From Flectonema sp. DT1601 (lineage: Eukaryota), in assembly GCA_964019425.1 (NCBI GenBank), contig OZ025789.1:930001-994000 (forward strand): a stretch of DNA of 64,000 nucleotides, given 5' to 3'. Shown here piece after piece: positions 1 through 10,947 of this stretch. The notes below the pieces were generated by a model. That model saw only the letters and a program-made list of their open reading frames with translations, was not told the origin of the DNA and did not search any database. A program made the translations under genes and the position numbers. Every line of letters begins with the position of its first letter. Position 1 is the stretch's first letter.

Positions 1-81
1 GTAAATGGACATCCCTCGCGATGATAGAAATCATTACAGCAAGTGATAATACAAAACTAAAGTTCACGTCGTCTTCCTAAC

Positions 82-1359
82 TCATCTTTTAGACTTTCTA
101 TGAAGTCGATTCTCAGCTTTGTGGTAGTCTTCTTTGCCCAGGAATCTGCTCTTCTTAATTCGACCGCGTTGGAAGAGTTGTAATCCCATTACACCAAACA
201 AAACAGAGCATCCCATGAGGATGAAGGCAGTAGCTTGTGAACCTCCTGAAGCAAACACTGCAATACCCGACAGTAACATCACTACAGCACAACCAGCAAA
301 GTTGATACCACTTCCCTTTTGACAACCAGCTTTCTGTGGAAGTGATTTAGAGAACATGAAATACATCGGAAGCCACAAGACTATTCCAAACAGAGTTGAG
401 ATGTACAACGACCTCTCGTATTCTCTTAATTGCATTGTAGTAAACTCTATCGGATCAACAGTCTTTTTAGGAGGTCTACTGAGTAGCATGTCTCCTTCTC
501 TAGTCTTTAGTGGGATATCAACTGCCTCACATCCTAATAGTACGGTTGCACATGGTCCTTGTGTTGATAGTGGAACGTCAATGTGAGTTTTTCCGTATCG
601 AAGTTTGTTGTCTTTTTGATGTTTTTCTAAAACTACTTTGTGATCCCTCTCTTGGTCTTCCAACTGTTGTTCCATTTCAGATATTTTATTCATGAGTTGT
701 GTTTCTCGTTGAAGAGCTGCTAGAAGTCTGACTTCAACTGTTTGGTCTTCAGTTGGTTCTTCTTCTTCTTCTAAATAATCAAAATCAGGTAACGAACAAG
801 GAGGTGAACCAGGAGGTGTACTTCCTTCTAATTCAACTTGAATACCGTCAATCCATCCCCACCTGCAGTCTTCAGGAATCTCTGGTGGTGGTGTTGGAGG
901 ATTTTCATACGCTTCAATTGCTGTGAACAGAACCGCACCAACAGCAGCTGGCAGTGTTTCTGCATAGCAACGAGCTTTAAATATACAATGCTGTTCCCAA
1001 TCAAATATTTCATCATTTACAACAGGAGCATTTGTTACTACTTTAACAGAACTGCTATCAATTAGTTCTATTCTTTGTGGGAGGGTGTCAACGCTGATTG
1101 TTCGATTTTGATGTTTCGTTTTCCTCTTTTTTTTAACTTTTTTTTCAGAAGAAAGTTCCTTATCAGGTGCGTCATTGCTGGAGGCTCTTGATGAAGCATC
1201 TGTCTCACCGAAGGCTTCGATTAATCTTGGTGGCCTACCTTCATCATCACTTGGATCGTATGATGAATTACATGGAGATGGTGAGAGTGCTTTCCTTGGA
1301 TCAACAGATCCGAAAGTACTACCACTTCCCGCTAATGGAATAACACAAGTATCTAACAT
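82..1359 (-). CDS. Hypothetical protein: acidic/low-complexity N-terminus, short coiled coil, about three C-terminal hydrophobic (TM) segments
   Basis: 425-aa ATG..TGA ORF; heptad region (LLAALQRETQLMNKISEMEQQLEDQE); hydrophobic stretches near the C-terminus. No family recognised. Confidence 0.7.
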   Translation of the reverse strand: MLDTCVIPLAGSGSTFGSVDPRKALSPSPCNSSYDPSDDEGRPPRLIEAFGETDASSRASSNDAPDKELSSEKKVKKKRKTKHQNRTISVDTLPQRIELIDSSSVKVVTNAPVVNDEIFDWEQHCIFKARCYAETLPAAVGAVLFTAIEAYENPPTPPPEIPEDCRWGWIDGIQVELEGSTPPGSPPCSLPDFDYLEEEEEPTEDQTVEVRLLAALQRETQLMNKISEMEQQLEDQERDHKVVLEKHQKDNKLRYGKTHIDVPLSTQGPCATVLLGCEAVDIPLKTREGDMLLSRPPKKTVDPIEFTTMQLREYERSLYISTLFGIVLWLPMYFMFSKSLPQKAGCQKGSGINFAGCAVVMLLSGIAVFASGGSQATAFILMGCSVLFGVMGLQLFQRGRIKKSRFLGKEDYHKAENRLHRKSKR

Positions 1360-1715
1360 TTACTCTTTAAGTAAATTAATGATGTGGTTCATATTGTCTT
1401 CTGAATGAGAATTGAACAGAATGATTTCCCAAAGTGAACACATCAACCGAATCCCAACGAGGTGTCTAATTCCTGTTATAAGAATTATAACTTTTGAAAT
1501 AAATCACAAACAGACTGCAAAACATCAGTGACTAGCTTAAGTACCAACACAAACTGGGTACACAAAATAGTACTTCTGAAAGATAGATGAAGAGAGAGGA
1601 ATAAAACAAATAAGTTGTATAAGAACAACATCACCAACAGAACTACAATAACAGCCCCAGTGAGACATACTATTCACTAGGGAGTCTGTTCAGCAGATAT
1701 GTCAGAAAAACAGAA

Positions 1716-3188
1716 TCACTTACTCCAATACTTCGAGTGATTCATTAAGAACCACCTATCCCAATAAGAACCAATCTCTTGGTACAAAAGGAACTCTAGA
1801 CTAGTGTCGTACATAGACATCGCATCCTTAGTATTGAGAATCTCATCATGTCTGAAACATATTACCTTTCTATCATGGTTACCTATTCCAGCAACTACAA
1901 ACCCATTGTCCATATCACCGAATTCTAACATTCCTAACCTCGACACGTTAGGATATCCGAACTGAGTGTCACCAGGAGCTATCCAATAATCTAACATGTT
2001 ACCAAACCTGTCATACTTCCCACCTCGGAATAAACGACCACTCATCCAACTAATCCAAAGTTCACCAGTCAGTGTAGTAGTAGCAACAGGAAGGAATCCC
2101 GTATTATCCCACGATGCTACAGTAGCTCTCCTGGGAACAGGATTGTCAGCTCTCGGGAGTCCATCGATGTCGAACTCCCTCATCCAAATAGTGGGAAGTG
2201 GGAACTTGCTGCTCCAGGTTTTCGCGTCGTAAGGATCCTCCTTCCAAATAATGAAGAACTGTCCCCCGTACATCGACACACATGCTGGACGCCAGAAGTA
2301 TCCAGGCTCCATACCTTCTGTTACTTGGAAGTAGGGACGACCTTCTATCTGTGCTCCGTTGTTTTCTAAGAGGATGCCCCATATTCCAAATCCATTCGTG
2401 TTCTGCCAGACAACAATGACCCTGCCATTAGTCAGAAAACATACATCAGGCCACGTCTGGGTTTCCGACATTGGCTCCGTTATGTTCGCAATATCTACGC
2501 CATCATTGTAAAAATGAGCGAGTTCTATACCTCCTTGTCTATCATCTTGGCGCCAAGTTGCCATTGCAATAGTGATGTGATGATGAGTACTGTCGCAATC
2601 AATACCGAAATGATACCAAATATGATACTGTGGAACTCTATCTTCCTGGGGATACGAAGGACAAATATTACTTACAACAATTTGCAAATTAATCCTCTGC
2701 CTCAAACTAGTGTACTGAACACGAGTACTTACCTGATACACAGCATTCATGATACCCGCAGTGTACGACATGCATGTCCGAAGATGTGCCCGCACCAACT
2801 TGGTAGAACAATATATGCCAGGAGGCCAAACAGCACTCTCAAACCTGTTGAGGTACCCCTGTGCAAGCAAGTCGTGAGTTCCGTATTTCGGAGACCTCAG
2901 CGTGTTAATCCAAGTCACAATGTATCCCACAGGCGTCCGACCCAACTGAGGGCTGAAACCACTCCACTGATTAACAACGAACCACCAAGGACTGAATCGT
3001 GGTCTTGGATAGTACCTCGATATCATTGCAGGACTGTAGTTGGTCAGGTCTTCATTCCTTGCCAGTTCTATACTTTCTGACACATTCATCCTGAAAGTAG
3101 TGTAACCTTTCATTATAGTGTAATTACCATCAGTCGTGCTATCTCCTGGAGTAGTAGTCAGTGCTAACAATAACGCGATGTACAACAT
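1716..3188 (-). CDS. Secreted beta-propeller-like protein, cassette copy 1
   Basis: Intronless ORF, first ATG at 3188 (MLYIALLLALTTTPG, signal-peptide-like) after pyrimidine-rich acceptor tttattgtttctcag. Repeated blade-like motifs WPDVCFLTNGRVIVVW, WRPACVSMYGGQFFIIW, FLPVATTTLTGELWISW. No TM segment seen. Confidence 0.75.
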   Translation of the reverse strand: MLYIALLLALTTTPGDSTTDGNYTIMKGYTTFRMNVSESIELARNEDLTNYSPAMISRYYPRPRFSPWWFVVNQWSGFSPQLGRTPVGYIVTWINTLRSPKYGTHDLLAQGYLNRFESAVWPPGIYCSTKLVRAHLRTCMSYTAGIMNAVYQVSTRVQYTSLRQRINLQIVVSNICPSYPQEDRVPQYHIWYHFGIDCDSTHHHITIAMATWRQDDRQGGIELAHFYNDGVDIANITEPMSETQTWPDVCFLTNGRVIVVWQNTNGFGIWGILLENNGAQIEGRPYFQVTEGMEPGYFWRPACVSMYGGQFFIIWKEDPYDAKTWSSKFPLPTIWMREFDIDGLPRADNPVPRRATVASWDNTGFLPVATTTLTGELWISWMSGRLFRGGKYDRFGNMLDYWIAPGDTQFGYPNVSRLGMLEFGDMDNGFVVAGIGNHDRKVICFRHDEILNTKDAMSMYDTSLEFLLYQEIGSYWDRWFLMNHSKYWSK

Positions 3189-3542
3189 CTTATTGTGCGG
3201 ATCAATAATAATCCTGAGAAACAATAAAGAATTGAAGCAGGATGGAAGAACACTTATTGTTCAACTGCAGAGTACGCATCCACGTACTGTCAGCAATCGG
3301 CAAAGTAGTAAATGGGTGCAAGACGACAAGCTTCCTCACACGAGGCCGCCTACACAAACTGGTGTCGTGGTGATGCACAAAAAGAATAGATAGCAATCGG
3401 ATTAAGGTAAACAACAATCACGATGTTTGCCGGGGTAGATGAAAAAAGGAAGAAATCAAAAAAAAAAGAAAATGTGTAAGCAAAATAGAGGAAAACTGTA
3501 ACAGAAACAAAAACAACAAACGGTGTTGCCCGCATGAGCAAT

Positions 3543-5135
3543 TCACAACTCCACCTCATCCTCGTTGTCCTCCTGCACACCACCAGAGACATGACTACCA
3601 GAGAGGATGCTACACATGGGAGTTAGAAGCATGTCTGAACTCGCACGCATAGTTGCCGGAATCGTTGTCGGTGAATCCGACAACTCAGCAGCGCTCATCA
3701 TTAATATGTAGTTCGGTTCCTCATCTGAAGCAGCGAACTCAGAACGCAACACTCGCCACAGCCACGGACGCGGACGCAGCAGCAATCCACACATAACACA
3801 TCCAAAAAGATCCGCGACATGAACCGCCCACTCCACCTTGCGGAAGCGGTCCAACGCCGAGGAATTGTCTGCAACGAGCAACACCACGGGAAACGATGAA
3901 ACGTGAAGCAACAGCAAAACACCCCATCCCAGAAAGAATCCTCTCGCTTCCGAATGAGCTACTAATTGTCGCCACACATTACGACAGAAGTAACAGGCAA
4001 TCGGAAGTGAGAGACATCCCACAGCGATAGCAGGAGGTGTTTGATACTCGCTGGCAGTCAAATCATCACTTCGCATTATGTACATCCAAATGAAGAGCAC
4101 CAGGAGAACAACTCCACACCCACTAATTAGTTTGCAGTCCACAGATGACATCCCTCCAAACGATTCTCCGAGGACTCCAAACCCAGTCGAGAAGTTGCAC
4201 ACCAACTGCATCAGCATCACCCGAGCAACCAACCCCGCCCCGTAGGCATTCGCTTTCCCGTGTCCTGTATTCGCAATGCTGACGTATGCGAATAGCTTCT
4301 GAACCCACTCAACAAGGAAAAGCATCAAAACCACGAGGAACCATTTCACAACTGCCGGGGTCACTCCTCGTTGCCTTCGATCCCAAACTGCGAACGCCAC
4401 GAAGACGAACACCAAAATGACAAACAGCGGGACTGCGATGATGTTCAGTTCGAGGATTCCCTGCTCCTCCAGACTGAACTCCCTCCGCCACCATCCTCCT
4501 TTGTTTATGAGGTGTAAGTGGATCGTCACTGCCTCGTCGTTGGTACCGTTGCAGTTCGTCACCGTGAAGTACCACCTCCGAGGTGCTACTCGCTGGTGGC
4601 AGGGGAACTTGAAGGGATTGGATGCGAACCCTTCACACGGAGACACCGTGCAATTCGGACGCATTGGTCTGGTTAGTGAGTAGTATTGACCGAGTGAAGT
4701 AGGGTTGTCTTCCTCACCGCGTATAAGTCCGTGGTAGGTGTGATCTATTAATCCCATGGGATACGTTACAATTAAGGGACTGTCCGGCTCAAGCTTAATT
4801 ACATTTCTGATAATCAGCTGTCGATAGTACGTAATCATTCTACACAAGTGGAATGGATTTTTAATGAATGGGAGCGATGCTTGAACGGAACTCCAACTTT
4901 CAACTTCATCCGAATAGACAACGAAAGTGTAGTTCTCAACCTTCCAGCTGTCTTCAGAGTCTACCCACATCTCACCCCTCGGGGCCAATCCTTCTTCTCC
5001 GAGTGCGCCATCAACAGTATCGAATAAGAAGGTTCCGAGAATATTCCTCATCCCACTCACTTCGATATCATATCGCCGACCTTCAGAAATGATTGGAATC
5101 CACGTCAACCACAATACCCATACTAAGGTGTGCAT
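3543..5135 (-). CDS. GPR180/TMEM145-like (GOST-type) 7TM protein, cassette copy 1
   Basis: 530-aa ORF; signal peptide; luminal domain ending PRRWYFTVTNC...IHLHLINKGGWWRREFSLEEQGI, the motif typical of GPR180/TMEM145; then about 7 hydrophobic helices. Acceptor ttccttcag abuts the ATG. Confidence 0.75.
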   Translation of the reverse strand: MHTLVWVLWLTWIPIISEGRRYDIEVSGMRNILGTFLFDTVDGALGEEGLAPRGEMWVDSEDSWKVENYTFVVYSDEVESWSSVQASLPFIKNPFHLCRMITYYRQLIIRNVIKLEPDSPLIVTYPMGLIDHTYHGLIRGEEDNPTSLGQYYSLTRPMRPNCTVSPCEGFASNPFKFPCHQRVAPRRWYFTVTNCNGTNDEAVTIHLHLINKGGWWRREFSLEEQGILELNIIAVPLFVILVFVFVAFAVWDRRQRGVTPAVVKWFLVVLMLFLVEWVQKLFAYVSIANTGHGKANAYGAGLVARVMLMQLVCNFSTGFGVLGESFGGMSSVDCKLISGCGVVLLVLFIWMYIMRSDDLTASEYQTPPAIAVGCLSLPIACYFCRNVWRQLVAHSEARGFFLGWGVLLLLHVSSFPVVLLVADNSSALDRFRKVEWAVHVADLFGCVMCGLLLRPRPWLWRVLRSEFAASDEEPNYILMMSAAELSDSPTTIPATMRASSDMLLTPMCSILSGSHVSGGVQEDNEDEVEL

Positions 5136-5706
5136 CTGAAGGAAGTTTGAAAATAATGTAAATCAACAACACAAATGAATTATTCACATTATTGAATTGA
5201 TATCCGTACTTCACATCTGCGTATTGTAAACGACAATGAAGTCAAAGGAGAGTCTAACTGTTCGGTAATCTAAGACTGTTAAAGGAGAGAGAGATACTCA
5301 TGTCTCATATCTCACTCGTATTGAGGTTTTCATTATTTGTTGTGAAGTACCTGAGTATGGAACATTAATACATTGAGTTCTGTGGTGTACAAACTAATTA
5401 CTACTTTCCTAATCAACGATCATTATTGTGAAGAACTCTGAGATGAATAATAATCACAAGTAACAACAACAAAGAAAGTGTTAACAAAAGAATAGCAATA
5501 AGTACTTGTAATTACCTTCAAATACCACCACAAACTGGGCATAAGAAAGTACTACTTCGGTACTGCAGCAAAGAGAGGAATCATTTGAACAAAAAGGAAG
5601 AAGAACAACTGCGAGATACCAATCATAAAGTATCACAATAACAACCCAGTGAGACATACTATTCACTAGGGAGTCTGTTTAGCAGAAATATCAAAAAAAA
5701 ACAGAA

Positions 5707-7179
5707 TCAATTACTCCAATACTTCGAGTGATTCATTAAGAACCACCTATCCCAATAAGAACCAATCTCTTGGTACAAAAGGAACTCTAAACTAGTGTCG
5801 TACATAGACATTGCATCCTTAGTATTGAGAATCTCATCATGTCTGAAACATATTACTTTTCTATCATGGTTACCTATTCCAGCAACTACAAACCCATTGT
5901 CCATATCACCGAATTCTAACATTCCTAACCTCGACACGTTAGGATATCCGAACTGAGTGTCACCAGGAGCTATCCAATAATCTAACATGTTACCAAACCT
6001 GTCATACTTCCCACCTCGGAATAAACGACCACTCATCCAACTAATCCAAAGTTCACCAGTCAGTGTAGTAGTAGCAACAGGAAGGAATCCAGTATTATCC
6101 CACGATGCTACAGTAGCTCTCCTGGGAACAGGATTGTCAGCTCTCGGGAGTCCATCGATGTCGAACTCCCTCATCCAAATAGTGGGAAGTGGGAACTTGC
6201 TGCTCCAGGTTTTCGCGTCGTAAGGATCCTCCTTCCAAATAACGAAGAACTGTCCCCCGTACATCGACACACATGCTGGACGCCAGAAGTATCCAGGCTC
6301 CATACCTTCTGTTACTTGGAAGTAGGGGCGACCTTCTATTTCTTCTCCGAAGTTTTCCAAAAGGATGCCCCATATTCCGTACCCATTGGTGTTCTGCCAG
6401 ATAACAATGACCCTGCCATTAGTCAGAAAACATACATCAGGCCACGTCTGGGTTTCTGACATCGGCTCCGTTATATTTGCAATAGCAAACCCGTTATTGA
6501 AAAAGTGAGCAAGTTCTATACCTCCTTGTCCGTCGTCACTTCTCCAAGTTGCCATTGCAATAGTGATGTGATGACGAGCACTGTCGCAATCAATACCAAA
6601 GTGCAGCGAAATAGAAAACTGCGGGATCTTCTCTTCCCCGGGATACTTAGGACAAATATTACTTACAACAATTTGCAAATTAATCCTCTGCCTCAAGCTG
6701 GTGTACTGAACACGAGTGCCCACTTGATAAACAGCATTCATGATACCCGCAGTGTACGACATGCATGTCCGAAGATGTGCCCGCACTAACTTGGTAGAAC
6801 AATAGATGCCAGGAGGCCAAACAGCACTCTCAAACCTGTTGAGGTACCCCTGAGCAAGCAAGTCATGAGTTCCGTATTTCGGAGACCTCAGTGTGTTAAT
6901 CCAAGTCACAATGTATCCCACAGGCGTCCGACCCAACTGAGGGCTGAAACCACTCCACTGATTGACAACGAACCACCAAGGACTGAATCGTGGTCTTGGA
7001 TAGTACCTCGATATCATTGCAGGACTGTAGTTGGTCAGGTCTTCATTCCTTGCCAGTTCTATACTTTCTGACACATTCATCCTGAAAGTAGTGTAACCTT
7101 TCATTATAGTGTAATTACCATCAGTCGTGCTATCTCCTGGAGTAGTAGTCAGTGCTAACAATAACGCGATGTACAACAT
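5707..7179 (-). CDS. Secreted beta-propeller-like protein, cassette copy 2
   Basis: Paralogue of 1716-3188 at offset +3991; same signal peptide and repeats. Confidence 0.75.
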   Translation of the reverse strand: MLYIALLLALTTTPGDSTTDGNYTIMKGYTTFRMNVSESIELARNEDLTNYSPAMISRYYPRPRFSPWWFVVNQWSGFSPQLGRTPVGYIVTWINTLRSPKYGTHDLLAQGYLNRFESAVWPPGIYCSTKLVRAHLRTCMSYTAGIMNAVYQVGTRVQYTSLRQRINLQIVVSNICPKYPGEEKIPQFSISLHFGIDCDSARHHITIAMATWRSDDGQGGIELAHFFNNGFAIANITEPMSETQTWPDVCFLTNGRVIVIWQNTNGYGIWGILLENFGEEIEGRPYFQVTEGMEPGYFWRPACVSMYGGQFFVIWKEDPYDAKTWSSKFPLPTIWMREFDIDGLPRADNPVPRRATVASWDNTGFLPVATTTLTGELWISWMSGRLFRGGKYDRFGNMLDYWIAPGDTQFGYPNVSRLGMLEFGDMDNGFVVAGIGNHDRKVICFRHDEILNTKDAMSMYDTSLEFLLYQEIGSYWDRWFLMNHSKYWSN

Positions 7180-7537
7180 CTTATTGTACGGATCAATAAT
7201 AATCCTGAGAAACAATAAAGAATTGAAGCAGGATGGAAGAACACTTTATTGTTCGACTGCAGAGTACGCATCCACGTACTTTCAGCAATTGGCAAAATAG
7301 TAAATGAGTGCAAAACGACAAGCTTCCTCACACGAGGCCGCCTACACAAACTGGTGTCGTGGTGATGCACAAAAAGAATAGATAGCAATCGGATTAAGGT
7401 AAACAACAATCACGATGTTTGCCAGGGTAGATGAAAAAAGGAAGAAATCAAAAAAAAAAGGAAATGTGTAAGCAAAATAGAGGAAAACTATAACAGAAAC
7501 AAAAATAACAACAAATGGTGTTGCCCGCATGAGCAAT

Positions 7538-9127
7538 TCACAACTCCACTTCATCCTCGTTGTCCTCCTGCACACCACCAGAGACATGACTGCCAGAGAG
7601 GATGCTACACATGGGAGTCAGAAGCATGTCGGAACTCGCACGCATAGTTGCCGGAATCGTTGTCGGTGAATCCGACAACTCAGCAGCGCTCATCATTAAT
7701 ATGTAGTTCGGTTCCTCATCTGAAGCAGCGAACTCAGAACGCAACACTCGCCACAGCCACGGACGCGGACGCAGCAGCAATCCGCACATAACACATCCAA
7801 AAAGATCCGCAACATGAACCGCCCACTCCACCTTGCGGAAGCGGTCCAACGCCGAGGAATTGTCTGCAACGAGCAACACCACGGGAAACGATGAAACGTG
7901 AAGCAACAGCAAAACACCCCATCCCAGAAAGAATCCTCTCGCTTCCGAATGAGCTACTAATTGTCGCCACACATTACGACAGAAGTAACAGGCAATCGGA
8001 AATGAGAGACATCCCACAGCGATAGCAGGAGGTGTTTGATACTCGCTGGCAGTCAAATCATCACTTCGCAATATGTACATCCAAATGAAGAGCACCAGGA
8101 GAACAACTCCACACCCACTAATTAGTTTGCAGTCCACAGATGACATCCCTCCAAACGATTCTCCGAGGACTCCAAACCCAGTCGAGAAGTTGCACACCAA
8201 CTGCATCAGCATCACCCGAGCAACTAACCCCGCCCCGTAGGCATTCGCTTTCCCGTGTCCCGTATTCGCAATGCTGACGTATGCGAATAGCTTCTGAACC
8301 CACTCAACAAGGAAAAGCATCAAAATCACGAGGAACCATTTCACAACTGCCGGGGTCACTCCTCGTTGCCTTCGATCCCAAACTGCGAACGCCACGAAGA
8401 CGAACACCAAAATGACAAACAGCGGGACTGCGATGATGTTCAGTTCGAGGATTCCCTGCTCCTCCAGACTGAACTCCCTCTGCCACCATCCTCCTTTGTT
8501 TATGAGGTGTAAGTGGATCGTCACTGCCTCGTCGTTGGTACCATTGCAGTTCGTCACTGTGAAGTACCACTTCCGAGGTGCTAATCGCTGGTGGCAGGGG
8601 AACTTGAAGGGATTGGATGCGAACCCTTCACACGGAGACACCGTGCAATTCGGACGCATTGGTCTGGTTAGTGAGTAGTACTTACCCAGGGAAGTGGGGT
8701 TGTGATTCATCATTGTGAATCCGTGGTATGTCCAATCTGCGCCATCTAATGGATAAGTTACAAAAAGAGGACTACTCGGATCGCCCTTATCAATCCCTCT
8801 GATGATTAACTGTCGGAAGTACGTAACCAATCTACACGAGTGGAATGGATTTTCAATGGAATCAACAAAAGCTTGTGTTTGAGGCCAACTATAAGGCTCA
8901 TCTGAATAGACAACGAAAGTGTAGTTCTCAACCTTCCAGCTGTCTTCAGAGTCTACCCACATCTCACCCCTCGGGGCCAATCCTCCTTCTCCGAGTGCGC
9001 CATCAACAGTATCGAATAAGAAGGTTCCGAGAATATTCCTCATCCCACTCACTTCGATATCATATCGCCGACCTTCAGAAATGATTGGAATCCACGTCAC
9101 CCACAATACCCATATTAAGGTGTGCAT
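7538..9127 (-). CDS. GPR180/TMEM145-like 7TM protein, cassette copy 2
   Basis: 529-aa paralogue of 3543-5135; acceptor ctctccctcag abuts the ATG. Confidence 0.75.
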   Translation of the reverse strand: MHTLIWVLWVTWIPIISEGRRYDIEVSGMRNILGTFLFDTVDGALGEGGLAPRGEMWVDSEDSWKVENYTFVVYSDEPYSWPQTQAFVDSIENPFHSCRLVTYFRQLIIRGIDKGDPSSPLFVTYPLDGADWTYHGFTMMNHNPTSLGKYYSLTRPMRPNCTVSPCEGFASNPFKFPCHQRLAPRKWYFTVTNCNGTNDEAVTIHLHLINKGGWWQREFSLEEQGILELNIIAVPLFVILVFVFVAFAVWDRRQRGVTPAVVKWFLVILMLFLVEWVQKLFAYVSIANTGHGKANAYGAGLVARVMLMQLVCNFSTGFGVLGESFGGMSSVDCKLISGCGVVLLVLFIWMYILRSDDLTASEYQTPPAIAVGCLSFPIACYFCRNVWRQLVAHSEARGFFLGWGVLLLLHVSSFPVVLLVADNSSALDRFRKVEWAVHVADLFGCVMCGLLLRPRPWLWRVLRSEFAASDEEPNYILMMSAAELSDSPTTIPATMRASSDMLLTPMCSILSGSHVSGGVQEDNEDEVEL

Positions 9128-9905
9128 CTGAGGGAGAGTAATTTAGAAACACCAGAAATAAACACCCTTGAGGTTGTTAATGTTTGATACTTAGAAACAG
9201 GACAAGTAGGACGCAGTACTTTAAAATAAATTACTGCAAAACCGCAATAGTAGACCACATGATTCAAAGTACGTCCAATACCTGATCAGCAGTAAATAAT
9301 GACCGCAGTACCCTTTTTATTAATACCTGTTGAGAATAGTAATTACAAATAGAAAAAAAACCAATTAAATCAAAAACAACAAATTAAGAGTTGTGACGAG
9401 GTAATCGTCTCAAGAGTATAAATGAAGGAAATCGATGCAAAGCTATATAACACCACATCGAATATACAAAAAAAAAAGAAAAGGGGGGACCGTCTTCTCA
9501 TCCCGAAGAAGCTCTACTGAGAATCATAATTTAATACGGTGAGATGAGAGAATACATATTTATTGATTAAGGACACACACACTCCTCTCATTAGAGTGTA
9601 ACTTAATTCGAAATGTTGATGCACTGCTGATATCCATATGCTATATTTGTACCGAGGAAAAAAAGGGGGAACTAGAATTCCTCATCGGTACAAGGTAGGA
9701 TATTGCAACTACAAAAAATATGATAAAGAAGAAAAGAAAACTACTACTAAAAAGAAAAAAAGAATCGGCAAACTTCACTTTTTTTACTTACTCACTCACA
9801 CTTTTATTTTGCTTGTGTGCGCAACCGGTAGAAAATCCTAATAAAGGAATAGGTTAGTTACGCTGTCACAATTCTCTTTCTACCGAACAATGGGTTTTGT
9901 AGGTA

Positions 9906-9942
<37 letters not shown>

Positions 9943-10947
9943 ATATAAAATATAAAATATAAAATAGTATTATTGCTGGGTTTTGACTTTTTTTTTTTTA
10001 ACTGCAGTGACCTCGATGGGAATGGAAGGCAGTCTGCATAAAATAATGAAAAGAAAAAAGTGGGAAAAAGTACCAAACCTTTACGATATATTAAAGAATG
10101 AGATTTACTTGTTGTTATCTTCCAATACGCAATCAGAATAGCACTGCAATGACTTCAGAAGTGAAAGCAGAACACCACCTGAGAGTTGATTGGTTGTGAG
10201 ATAAAAAGAGATTTCCTCAACACAAACCCGACACGAGATAACAAAGTAATGTTTAAATAATAATAATAAATAAATAAATGATGAGTATGGCTGATTTCAT
10301 TCGCCTTCATTCAAAAAAAATAGCTTTCAAAAAAATATTTATTTTTTTCTGAGACCGATTTTTTACAGCAAAAATACATATACTCGGGGGGAAGGGATCA
10401 AAAAATATAAAACTAACAACTGAAAAACGAATGACCAGCTAAGTCTGGTAATAACCCAGTTACAATATACTTTAGTAAAATATTTTTATAAAGGTCTACG
10501 GTGACTTAGTTGGTCATGGGGTGTAAAGTGAATCAGCTCACTTTGTGAAAAGTTTTTTACCGAAAAAAAAAAAAAAAAAAAAATTAAGAAAAAATTCAAT
10601 AACATACGAAAACTGAAATAGGTAGACAAACATCGCTGAACAGGTACTAGAAGATCTTTATTGTGAAAAAAAGAAGAAAAGAAAAGCAGTATAAAAATGA
10701 AAAATATTTTTTGACTTTGAGTAGTGTAAGGAAGAAAAAGACAGACTTTACAAAAAAAAAAAAACTCAAAAAAAAGGAGCAAATATTAAACCATAATTAA
10801 ACTACAGGTGAATACACTACGAGGAGGAAACGATTGCCAAAAAACTTACATAAAAATGTATTTTTTTTTTTTTTCTTTTGTAGCAAAAATTAAAAAGACA
10901 TTCTCACTCATGAGAAGGACAAGATCACAACTCTCACTTAATACTTC

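Larger units (their letters stand above)
1545..9130. repeat. Tandem duplication of a ~4.0-kb two-gene cassette (about 1545-5138 and 5525-9130)
   Basis: Near-identical DNA across both genes and their intergenic spacer. Similarity stops at the AG before the 7TM ATG and decays in the 3' flank (1545-1650 vs 5525-5640). Confidence 0.95.

Noticed and set aside
9130..10940. Short Phe/Lys-rich ORFs here and in other intergenic regions (24-25 kb, 46.3-49.1 kb, 59.4-60.8 kb)
   Set aside because: Translations of poly(A)/poly(T) tracts with no protein-like features.
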